A DNA stretch of 48,770 nucleotides from the NCBI GenBank assembly GCA_001781105.1, contig MFKV01000002.1:1-48770 (forward strand), in the 5' to 3' direction. Below, piece after piece: positions 1 through 8,146 of the stretch (position 1 is its first letter; every line of letters starts with the position of its first letter). A program made the position numbers and the translations under genes. The DNA is from Candidatus Kaiserbacteria bacterium RIFCSPHIGHO2_01_FULL_54_36 (GTDB lineage Bacteria; Patescibacteriota; Minisyncoccia; Phycocordibacterales; UBA2100). The notes beneath the pieces were generated by a model, which worked only from the letters and a program-made list of their open reading frames with translations, was not told the DNA's origin and ran no database searches.

Positions 1-590
1 CCCTTGCGATTGATATGTTCGATGTACGGAATATTGATTGACCAGCCGTATCCAAACGGGCTACTGTCGTCCCCTTGTTGGCTGGTGTATTGGAGGCGTA
101 AATCGGGCGTCATTCCGCCTCGCCCTTTGGGAACTTGCAGCGGAAACTCGTATGATAATCCTCCGCCTATTGAGTCCGGCTCGAGCTTGAAAAGATTCGT
201 GGCAACATTGAGTTCGCCGGTTCCTGCCGGGTCGCCGCTTGAGCCTGCCATTGCCATCGGCTCTGGCGGAGGCTCTTCTTCTTTCGGTTGCTCCTCTTCT
301 GGCGCTGCGTCATCCGGAGGCGAAGCATTCTCTTCTACAGCGACACTCAGCGATTCTTCGCTTGAGTCCACTGATTCAAATACAGCTCTTGCGAGCGGAC
401 CAATATCAAACTCCGCGACGGCAGGCGCATTATCGGAGGCGGGCTCACTCGCTGAGGGTTGTGCTGTGGCCGGAGCTGCAGCAGAATTAGTCGTTTGCCC
501 AAATACAGGCAACGGAGGGACGAGCAGCCCAAGAATTAACAACGATGCGCCTAACCGAGAGAATTGTGTGAGAAGAAAACCCCGCAGCAT
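1..590 (-). CDS. N-terminal part (runs off window) of a secreted SpvB/TcaC-domain protein, probably an Rhs/YD-repeat protein
   Basis: Manual translation from ATG at 590 is open to the window edge. It gives a signal-peptide-like start (MLRGFLLTQFSRLGASLLILGLLVPPLPVFG), an acidic Pro/Glu/Ala linker, then GGLSYEFPLQVPKGRGGMTPDLRLQYTSQ...SPFGYGWSINIPYIEHINRK, the SpvB/TcB N-terminal signature. It is absent from the ORF track because no stop lies in the window. Confidence 0.85.
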   Translation of the reverse strand, partial: MLRGFLLTQFSRLGASLLILGLLVPPLPVFGQTTNSAAAPATAQPSASEPASDNAPAVAEFDIGPLARAVFESVDSSEESLSVAVEENASPPDDAAPEEEQPKEEEPPPEPMAMAGSSGDPAGTGELNVATNLFKLEPDSIGGGLSYEFPLQVPKGRGGMTPDLRLQYTSQQGDDSSPFGYGWSINIPYIEHINRK

Positions 591-784
591 CGCGCGACGT
601 TATCACGCTTCATGAATCATTAATTTGAGTCATCTTCGCGGTTTGGTGGATAGTCTGTGCATAGTTAGCGATCGTTTTTTGCGGAAATTAAAAAGAGACG
701 ATTTTTTATTGCCGAGGTCATCCAATAAAGTGTTTGACGGTTTCTATTTGAGTTTGAAAGCTACACGGTATCTCGGCATTCAGT

Positions 785-813
785 AGCAATCTCGGATAGC
801 CGAGATTGCTTTT
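785..813 (+). terminator. Perfect 11-bp hairpin, terminator-like
   Basis: AGCAATCTCGG-ATAG-CCGAGATTGCT followed by a short T run on +. It lies about 80 nt past the stop of the minus-strand gene ending at 894. Confidence 0.55.
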
Positions 814-893
814 GCGAAATCAATCAAACGCTCCCACAAAAAATCGTGTGGATATGTGGAAAACTTGAAGGAGCGGCAATATCTGCGAGTCCG

Positions 894-2042
894 TTAGTTC
901 GGTGGTGTGAGGACGAACACCGTGTCAAACACAGACTCAAGCGGCTTGGCGTAGCGATAGATGTTGGTCCCTTTTCCATCTGCATATTCTTTATACACTG
1001 TTCTGTGCAAACGCAAGAGAGGTTCTACCACTCTATTAAAGAATCGGACTCCGGGTAATGTGCGAAAACCCGCTTCCGGAAGCGCCTTCCACTCTTCCTC
1101 GTAATTGAAATGATACCAGCGACTCTCTAACATGAGGATTTTCTTGATGTGCGGATACCACGAGAGGATGCAGTTTTCAGCAAACTGCGGGTGCGCGAAG
1201 CTGATGACGGCGTCATTGGGACGTATCGGTAATCGCGACAACTCAAGCGCATTACGGAGGATCGCAGGGATGTTTTGAGGTCGCGCCGTGTATTTCTGGG
1301 ACTGCACCGAGACGATTTTGTCGAACGCCGCGTACAATGGCGAGCCGTCAACAATGCGCCAGCGGACAGTTCGTGCGGATATGAGATTGACACTTACCAG
1401 CCGCTTATGCTTGAAGTGCTGCGCAAGCATCGCGGCGTGGACTACGTACGCAGGGTCGGAGGACAAGAACCACACCGTCTTTGCATTCCCTATTGCCTTT
1501 TCAATTGATTCAAGAGCTCGCCGCTCCTCGTCCTCACGGCGCGGCGGAAGCGGCGGGAGTTCTTGATCAAACGAATTGATGAAAAATGAATCGGGAAACC
1601 CTGCAAAGTAGCTCCGGTATCCAATCAAAGCATCGTCGGGAATCGCGTCCTTTAAAGAATCAAGAAATACACCCGCGCGGAAACCCATCGAATAAGCGCT
1701 TGCAGCGGCCCATGAGCATGCGGCGAAGACGCCTGCAATACGCGGAGCTTGTTCAGCAAGAAGTATGTCCGCGATGGTCCGCTTCCCTACCTCAAAGCCC
1801 GAGAGATCGAGAAGCGTATATTCGTCGGTCTCGTTCGGATGCGGTTGATACAGGAGTCGCACGTCCGGAAAATGTCTGCGTACGTACGCCAGCATTCCGT
1901 TCGTACGCAGGGTGAAAAGCTTCTGGTCGGATCCAATGGGAAGATTGTAGAAATCCGTGCCGAAAAATATCGCTATTTTTTCATGGCCACCCGCGGTCGA
2001 GCCGAGAAGATACGGGAAACTGATTTTTTGTATTCTGCCCAT
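894..2042 (-). CDS. Putative CMP-nonulosonate (sialyl-type) GT-B glycosyltransferase with apparently swapped domain order
   Basis: 382-aa ORF, last gene of the NeuB/cytidylyltransferase block. It carries LYQPHP (HP motif) and ACSWAA (S-motif), typical of bacterial sialyltransferase donor-binding domains, but in the N-terminal half. Confidence 0.6.
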   Translation of the reverse strand: MGRIQKISFPYLLGSTAGGHEKIAIFFGTDFYNLPIGSDQKLFTLRTNGMLAYVRRHFPDVRLLYQPHPNETDEYTLLDLSGFEVGKRTIADILLAEQAPRIAGVFAACSWAAASAYSMGFRAGVFLDSLKDAIPDDALIGYRSYFAGFPDSFFINSFDQELPPLPPRREDEERRALESIEKAIGNAKTVWFLSSDPAYVVHAAMLAQHFKHKRLVSVNLISARTVRWRIVDGSPLYAAFDKIVSVQSQKYTARPQNIPAILRNALELSRLPIRPNDAVISFAHPQFAENCILSWYPHIKKILMLESRWYHFNYEEEWKALPEAGFRTLPGVRFFNRVVEPLLRLHRTVYKEYADGKGTNIYRYAKPLESVFDTVFVLTPPN

Positions 2043-2049
2043 ACGATAC

Positions 2050-3072
2050 TCACTGCGCGCTCCTTACGAGCTCATCATAATCTGCTTTGGCCATCATGCT
2101 CACGAGCTCGCTAAATGAGACCGATGGTTCCCAACCAAGGATGCGCTTGGCTTTTGAAGCATCGCCCACGAGGTCGCTGACCTCACGGGAGCGGAAAAAT
2201 TTCGGATTGACAGACACGATAACTTCTCCCTTTTTATTCTTTCCCACTTCGTCGACACCGCTCCCTTCCCAGAGAACCGGCATGCCAAGAACTGACGCGG
2301 CAGCGTCCACAAACTCTCGAACAGAATGCTGCACGCCGGTCGCAATGACAAAGTCTTCTGCACTGTCTCGCTCTAACATCGTGTGCATCGCGACGACATA
2401 CTCCTTCGCGTACCCCCAATCCCGCTTTACATTGAGGTTGCCCAATTCTAACCGCTCTTGAAGCCCGAGCTTTATTTTTGCGAGCGAAAGAGTGATCTTC
2501 CGGGTCACAAAATGTTTGCCTCTGCGTGGCGACTCATGATTAAAAAGAATGCCGGAGCACACATAGGCGCCTTTGTCTTCGCGATACCCCACTACATACT
2601 CTTTGTGGGCTCGCAGTTTTGCTTGTGCATACGGAGAGACCGGGGCAAAGGCAGACAATTCATTTTGCGGAGGAGGCGTGGTGCCGAACATTTCGCTCGA
2701 CGACGCTTGGTATATTCGCGTTGCCTTATTTGCTTTGAGTGCCTCCGTAATAACACGCCCCGCACCCAGGTAATTGACCTCCCACGCATCCTCGGGCACT
2801 TCGAACGATACCCCCACGTGGGATTGAGAGGCGAGATTGTACACTTCATCCGGTTTTGCGATCTCCATCGCGCGACGCAAAGATGCGACGTCGTGCAGAT
2901 CGCCATAGATAAAATGGAGGCCTCGTGTTCGATGCAGTTGCTCGAGTATATCGCTGGGGCCCCCGCTCGTTCTGCGCACGAGGCCATACACATCATATCC
3001 ACGATCGAGTAAAACTTCGGCTAGGTATGAACCATCCTGGCCCGTCACCCCTGTTATCAACGCTCGCTTCAT
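2050..3072 (-). CDS. gmd: GDP-mannose 4,6-dehydratase (copy 1)
   Basis: Motifs ALITGVTGQDGSYLAE, YNLASQSHV, YQASSSEMFG, SPYAQAK, GILFNHESPRRG, RDWG. Confidence 0.95.
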   Translation of the reverse strand: MKRALITGVTGQDGSYLAEVLLDRGYDVYGLVRRTSGGPSDILEQLHRTRGLHFIYGDLHDVASLRRAMEIAKPDEVYNLASQSHVGVSFEVPEDAWEVNYLGAGRVITEALKANKATRIYQASSSEMFGTTPPPQNELSAFAPVSPYAQAKLRAHKEYVVGYREDKGAYVCSGILFNHESPRRGKHFVTRKITLSLAKIKLGLQERLELGNLNVKRDWGYAKEYVVAMHTMLERDSAEDFVIATGVQHSVREFVDAAASVLGMPVLWEGSGVDEVGKNKKGEVIVSVNPKFFRSREVSDLVGDASKAKRILGWEPSVSFSELVSMMAKADYDELVRSAQ

Positions 3073-3100
3073 ATCGTTATAATACGACGAAACGATGCTC

Positions 3101-4999
3101 TCAAAAATCGGCGTTGATGCTTTTGAGGGCGTGTGCAGCTTTCACGAAGCCTTCGCCGCCGAATTTGTGTCCCTGCCATATTTCGGGAAGGAACCACACA
3201 TCCTTTTTCACGAGCATGCCGAGTAGTGCTTTGAAATCAATGCTGCCGTCGCCTATCTGTAGACCTTCTCCATTGAATTTCGCGCCATCGGAAATGTGGA
3301 CATATTTTGTCACGGGCAAGATCGTACGCGCGAACTCATTCAGGTCCTTTTTGTAGTAATTGCAATACAGCGCTGCATGAGACGTGTCGAAAACGACCCC
3401 GTACCCGTATTTTTTTGAGAACGCAACGATTTCTTTCGCGTCCATGAAATTCGCGTGATACCACTGCCCACCGAAATACCACGGACAACCGGGCATGTTC
3501 TCGAGAAGGAGTTCGAATCCTTCCGCCTTAAGCTTGGAGAGCGAATTCGCGAGATTCTTGTTGAGCTGCGAGATATCCGAGAGGAGCGCTCGCTCCATAT
3601 GCATGCCGCCGGGGTGTACAACGAATTTTACCTTTTGTTTTCCGTTCCTGAAAAGCTTCTTCATTTTTCGTGCATGGTTGAGAGCCTTGTTGAAAAAATC
3701 GATCGAACGTTGCCGCACATCCGGGTCAAGGCTCGAGAGATTGAGCAAGAGATCGTCGTTATATTCGGGGCCATGGAACGCAACGTTAAGATTGTATTTC
3801 TTTGTGTACGTCTTGTTAGCATTCACGTCCGAATCGGTGAGATGGATCTCGGCGAAATCGGAACCGCAGTGCAACAGAGTATCAATGTCGCTCATGCGAG
3901 CCACCACACCCCACTTATGTTCCAGCTGTAAAGCGCCATAGAGACTTGCGGGCCGGAAACCAATGTCGGATTCGAGAAGGTAGTCGTCTTTTTTGATGCT
4001 CCGCGTCACAAGTCTTTTCCCGACGAACAGATCGAACTTCAGCGGACTCGTTCCTTTCCCCGGACTCCGGAGTGCAAGGTCGCTATCGGCGAGTACCGTG
4101 CCCTTCTTGAGATTGTGAGCTGCAACAATGCTTTTTGAGAGTGTTTCGCGATTGAGATATTCTCCGCGCGATGGGAACCGAACTCCGTCTCCCAAAGCGG
4201 ACTCGATGATGCGGATCTGCTTCACCAATTCCGAAAATTCTTCGGGCAACAGGCTCGCTTTGTGGTCGGGGCCCGGCAACGTCTTGTCGGTCGTGAGGTG
4301 CCGCTCAATGACCTTTGCCCCCATGGCGACGGCGGCACAGGTGACCGATATACCGGCCTCGTGCCCTGAATATCCTATTGTTTCGCTAAACCGCTCTTTC
4401 AGAACTTTGAGGAAATTAAGGTTCACGTCGTGGTGCGGTGCGGGATACGTACTATTGCAGTGGAGAAGAATATACTCGGCGTTTTTCTTTTTGAGGAAAT
4501 CGACGAGCTGCTCGATCTCGGAGACGAATGACATGCCTGTTGAAATAAGCATGGGCTTCTTCAGGGCCGCTATTTTCCCGAGCAACGGGAGGTTGAACAT
4601 GTCGGGCGACCCTATCTTGAACGCGGGGACCTTCAATGATTCCAACAATTTGAGGCTTTTCTCGTCCCAGGGAGAACAAAGGAACTCTATGCCTCGGGAG
4701 CGCGCATACCGGCACACCTCTCGCATTTGTGAGTCACTCAGTTCCGTCTTCACGATGTGCTTCAGCGTGTAGTTGGTCCCGTGCTCTTCGGCACCGATAT
4801 CCTTCAAGACGCGCCCCGCATAGACGTCTTTAAGCGAGCGCTTCTGGAACTTCACTGCATCAACGCCGGCTTTTACGGCGTGGTCGATGAGTTGCTTCGC
4901 GAGCTTCATCTGCCCTTGGTGGTTAAGGCCTATTTCGGCGATGATGTACGTCGGATGCCCGTCGCCTACGAGGCGCTTTCCGATGCGCAATTCAGACAT
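3101..4999 (-). CDS. neuB: NeuB-family nonulosonate synthase with SAF domain, fused to a C-terminal xylose-isomerase/AP-endonuclease-2-like TIM barrel
   Basis: NeuB motifs IIAEIGLNHQG, AVKFQKR, STGMS, LLHCNSTYP, GYSGHE, IERH, GPDHKASL; SAF segment KSIVAAHNL...RSPGKG; C-terminal FVVHPGG, LLENMP, FDTSHA, HISD, GDGSIDF, PEIWQGH. Confidence 0.9.
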   Translation of the reverse strand: MSELRIGKRLVGDGHPTYIIAEIGLNHQGQMKLAKQLIDHAVKAGVDAVKFQKRSLKDVYAGRVLKDIGAEEHGTNYTLKHIVKTELSDSQMREVCRYARSRGIEFLCSPWDEKSLKLLESLKVPAFKIGSPDMFNLPLLGKIAALKKPMLISTGMSFVSEIEQLVDFLKKKNAEYILLHCNSTYPAPHHDVNLNFLKVLKERFSETIGYSGHEAGISVTCAAVAMGAKVIERHLTTDKTLPGPDHKASLLPEEFSELVKQIRIIESALGDGVRFPSRGEYLNRETLSKSIVAAHNLKKGTVLADSDLALRSPGKGTSPLKFDLFVGKRLVTRSIKKDDYLLESDIGFRPASLYGALQLEHKWGVVARMSDIDTLLHCGSDFAEIHLTDSDVNANKTYTKKYNLNVAFHGPEYNDDLLLNLSSLDPDVRQRSIDFFNKALNHARKMKKLFRNGKQKVKFVVHPGGMHMERALLSDISQLNKNLANSLSKLKAEGFELLLENMPGCPWYFGGQWYHANFMDAKEIVAFSKKYGYGVVFDTSHAALYCNYYKKDLNEFARTILPVTKYVHISDGAKFNGEGLQIGDGSIDFKALLGMLVKKDVWFLPEIWQGHKFGGEGFVKAAHALKSINADF

Positions 5000-5040
5000 A
5001 ACGAGTACCGTACCACGATTTGGGGCTATAAATCAATCTA

Positions 5041-5080
5041 TAAAAAGACTCGCCTCCCCGCAGCAGCTGCGGGGAGGCGA
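5041..5080 (-). terminator. Intrinsic terminator of the EamA/DMT gene
   Basis: 14-bp perfect stem TCGCCTCCCCGCAG/CTGCGGGGAGGCGA (5050-5080), followed on the minus strand by GTCTTTTTA, 11 nt past the stop at 5092. Confidence 0.8.
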
Positions 5081-5091
5081 ACGACATCGGC

Positions 5092-6123
5092 TTAGCGGCC
5101 GATGATAGTGCGCAGGTACGCGTCGGCCGAATCCTGCACGACGGCCGGGGAAGGATCGAACCCGATCAGGATTGCCCCGATCGTGGCGCCGATCGCACAG
5201 ACAATTCGCAGCATGCTCACCTTTTCGCGCAGGTACCAGACGGCACCAAAAACGACGATGAGTATCGCGAGCCGCTTGAGGCTCCCCACGTAGGCGATCG
5301 GCGCGAGTCGGAACGCGACGCCGAGCGCGATGAAGGGAATAGCGTAGAAGGTGCCGATGAGCACCATCTTCCACTTGTGTAGACGGAGGCGATCTCGTAG
5401 CGGAGCGAATTCGCCTTCGTCGTGTGACGGCGCCTTGCTCGTAAACACCGCATAGATGAGTGCGAGCGCGAGGATCTCTATCGTGACCCCGAGTATCATG
5501 TCACCGTGACGGGCGAGGAGTCCATCGCTGATGAGCGCGGGGGTGGCGATAAGCGCTCCCCCGTATGCCCATCGCAATCCCCGCATGCGTTTCTTTTCCG
5601 TCTCTGGCAGATTTTTCGTGCTACGGAACGCGAGCCAGAATGCGAGCGGCATGAAATACTCTTTCCATGGCGCTCCTTCACGTGCACTCGTGTACACGGC
5701 AACGATGACGAGCGCAATACCAATGATCCCGTAGTGGCCCGGCCACTCTCCGATGAGCAGCGCACCAAATACGACGAGTCCCGGAGCGACTGCAGAGATG
5801 GGCGCACGGAACGATGCATCCAGCAGCCGTGATGAGCGGACATTCGCGAACTGTATGACGACATTGCAGAGCGTCGTCACAATGAGCGCGATGCTCCACA
5901 TCGGGATGTTGAACGTTTGTGGTGCAAGCGCATCCCATTCGCGTCCAACCGTGAGGAAGAACGCGAAGCAGATGATGCCGGCGATGAGATGTTGAAAGAC
6001 GCGGTGCTCGTACTCGGTGAACAACCGCTCGTTCAGCACCCGTTTCCGGTAAATCTCCCAGGCGCCGATACCGGCAGTCCCGAGAGCAGCGCATAACAGA
6101 GCGAGCCCTTCCATGGCTGCCAT
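5092..6123 (-). CDS. EamA/DMT-family membrane transporter
   Basis: About 10 hydrophobic segments in two repeats. Motifs LLIGEWPGHYGIIGIALV, APIAYVGSLKRLAIL and WYLREKV are typical of EamA repeats. Confidence 0.75.
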   Translation of the reverse strand: MAAMEGLALLCAALGTAGIGAWEIYRKRVLNERLFTEYEHRVFQHLIAGIICFAFFLTVGREWDALAPQTFNIPMWSIALIVTTLCNVVIQFANVRSSRLLDASFRAPISAVAPGLVVFGALLIGEWPGHYGIIGIALVIVAVYTSAREGAPWKEYFMPLAFWLAFRSTKNLPETEKKRMRGLRWAYGGALIATPALISDGLLARHGDMILGVTIEILALALIYAVFTSKAPSHDEGEFAPLRDRLRLHKWKMVLIGTFYAIPFIALGVAFRLAPIAYVGSLKRLAILIVVFGAVWYLREKVSMLRIVCAIGATIGAILIGFDPSPAVVQDSADAYLRTIIGR

Positions 6124-6192
6124 CCTTTCTTTTCCTCGTGTTGTACCCTATTTCACTTGCGCGAAAGTACCACGATTTTACTATCCAGTCAA

Positions 6193-6876
6193 TTACCACG
6201 CGGTCCAGCCGCCATCGACGTACACTTCGGTACCGGTGACATAGCTCGAGCGCTCGTCGAGCAGGAACTCGAATACGGAGATTGTTTCGTCGAGATGCAT
6301 CATCCGCTTCATGGGCGTCTCTGCGTTATATTTTTTGACGAAATCAGTATCTTGATTCGGGTCTTCCACTCCCCCGAAAATGACGGCGTTGACGCGGATG
6401 TCGGGCGCGTAATAGGTCGCGAGGTATTTCGACATGATAATGACGGTTGCTTTCGACATCGAGTAGCCGATGTTTTTTACAAAATCAGTATAGATATGGT
6501 GCTTGGGAGAGACAACGCCGTACAAAGAACTCACGTTGATGATGGAGCCGCTTGTATTGTTCTTGATGAACTGCCTGCACACGGAAAATGCGCTCACTGC
6601 ATTTACTTCCATATAGTCGCGCACTTCCGAAAGTGGGACATCGGTCGGCTCGATTCTTTTTGAATCTTTAGTCGGTACGGGATTGTATGCGTGGCAAACG
6701 ATCATGCCATAGAGGTCTTTGTGCTCGCCGAACCACTTCTTGACGAACGTCTCGTCCGTAAGATCGTGGCCGAGCGCTTTGTCGAGCGATAACACTTCAT
6801 ACGTATTTTTGAAATGCTCAACGAGCTTTTTGCCGATGAGTCCTTCGCTTCCCGTGATGACCAATTTTTTCTTCAT
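6193..6876 (-). CDS. SDR-family oxidoreductase, PtmA-like
   Basis: Start reassigned to MKKKLVITGSEGLIG (ATGA overlap with the upstream stop). Motifs IINVSSLYG, YSMSK (YxxxK), IRVNAV, VDGGWTAW. Confidence 0.85.
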   Translation of the reverse strand: MKKKLVITGSEGLIGKKLVEHFKNTYEVLSLDKALGHDLTDETFVKKWFGEHKDLYGMIVCHAYNPVPTKDSKRIEPTDVPLSEVRDYMEVNAVSAFSVCRQFIKNNTSGSIINVSSLYGVVSPKHHIYTDFVKNIGYSMSKATVIIMSKYLATYYAPDIRVNAVIFGGVEDPNQDTDFVKKYNAETPMKRMMHLDETISVFEFLLDERSSYVTGTEVYVDGGWTAW

Positions 6877-8144
6877 GTGTATTGTTCGTCGAAAAAGCGT
6901 ATTGCTTTTTTGAGCGCATTCATCTGGAGGTCCATGTCTTTCTCGATGCCCTGATTGGTCGTGAATTGCATGATGAGCGGCTGCAGCTTTTCCGCCTTGG
7001 GACAACTGACCCTTTTCAAATATCCTTTAAATTGACGAGCTTGATTGGGAAGACCCGGGAAAAATGCTCCTTTCTTGTTGATGAGCTGCATGATGGGTTC
7101 GTTGTACACAAGGGCCCATGCGGCATAGATGCCATCACCTCCGAACTCCATGAATTTCTTGCGGAAGTTGTACCAGCTAACACCCCGCTTTTTTTCGCCT
7201 TCGTAGCGCACGGCGAAGGTGTAATAGGAATTGATCGACCCCTTCGGGACGCGCTGCGGAATGATCCAATCGCATCCCTTGAGTGCTTTCAAATATTTTG
7301 CGGCTATCTGCTGACGCTTGCGTACGAGAAAATCTATCTGCTCTACTTGAGCGAGTCCTATTGCGGCAGCCACCTCTGGCAGACGGTAGTTGTAGCCAAA
7401 TGTGTCATGACGAAGGTATTTCGGATCTTGGAACGTATCCTTATTTTTTCGTACCTGACCATTCTGCGCGCGAATATTCTTGAATCCCATGCCGCCGAAT
7501 TTGCGCATGCGCTCCGCGAGTACTTCGCTATTGGTTATGAGAATGCCGCCGTCGCCTGTTGAGATGTGCTTTGAGTTCTCCGTGCTGAAACTGCCGACGT
7601 CTCCGATCGTGCCGCCGAGGCGTCCTGTGTCGTCAGTTCCCAGATAGCATTGCGCGCAGTCCTCGACGACCGCGAGCCGGTGCTTTTTGGCGATCTTCAT
7701 AATACTCCGCATATCACAGACCTGCCCGTACAGGTGCACGGGCATGATGGCTTTCGTGCGCGAAGTTATCTTGCGCTCGATATCCTTCGGATCTATGAGG
7801 AAGGTGTCCGGGTCCACGTCGGCGAATACTGGCCGCGCGCCCGCATGGATCACTGCATAGCCGCACATAACTACAGTGAGCGCGGGCAGGATGACCTCGT
7901 CACCAGGGCCCACACCGAACGCCATAAGTGCCTGATGAAGGGTCGAGGTACCTGAATTCGACGTGACCGCATACTTCGTCCCAAACCGCCCAGAAAATGC
8001 GCGCTCGTACCGCTGATTCATGTTACCCGACGTCGAGCTGCCGAAACCGGAATTCAGGACTTCGCGTACATACTTCACCTCGTTGCCGCGGAAGCGCCAG
8101 CTATTGCTTGTTTTGACGAACCTGTTTTTCTTTGTGTGTGCCAT
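6873..8144 (-). CDS. DegT/DnrJ/EryC1/StrS PLP-dependent sugar aminotransferase
   Basis: Motifs NSGTSTLH, GVGPGDEVI, TKAIMPVHLYG, VEDCAQ, SFSTENSKHISTGDGG, GYNYRL. Confidence 0.92.
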   Translation of the reverse strand: MAHTKKNRFVKTSNSWRFRGNEVKYVREVLNSGFGSSTSGNMNQRYERAFSGRFGTKYAVTSNSGTSTLHQALMAFGVGPGDEVILPALTVVMCGYAVIHAGARPVFADVDPDTFLIDPKDIERKITSRTKAIMPVHLYGQVCDMRSIMKIAKKHRLAVVEDCAQCYLGTDDTGRLGGTIGDVGSFSTENSKHISTGDGGILITNSEVLAERMRKFGGMGFKNIRAQNGQVRKNKDTFQDPKYLRHDTFGYNYRLPEVAAAIGLAQVEQIDFLVRKRQQIAAKYLKALKGCDWIIPQRVPKGSINSYYTFAVRYEGEKKRGVSWYNFRKKFMEFGGDGIYAAWALVYNEPIMQLINKKGAFFPGLPNQARQFKGYLKRVSCPKAEKLQPLIMQFTTNQGIEKDMDLQMNALKKAIRFFDEQYT

Positions 8145-8146
8145 AA

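Noticed and set aside
4-615. 203-aa + strand ORF
   Set aside because: Ser/Gly-rich antisense shadow of the minus-strand SpvB-domain gene, which has the recognisable motifs.
6877-7005. N-terminal extension of the SDR in the ORF track
   Set aside because: It overlaps the DegT gene. The Rossmann motif starts right after ATG 6876, which is coupled to the DegT stop.
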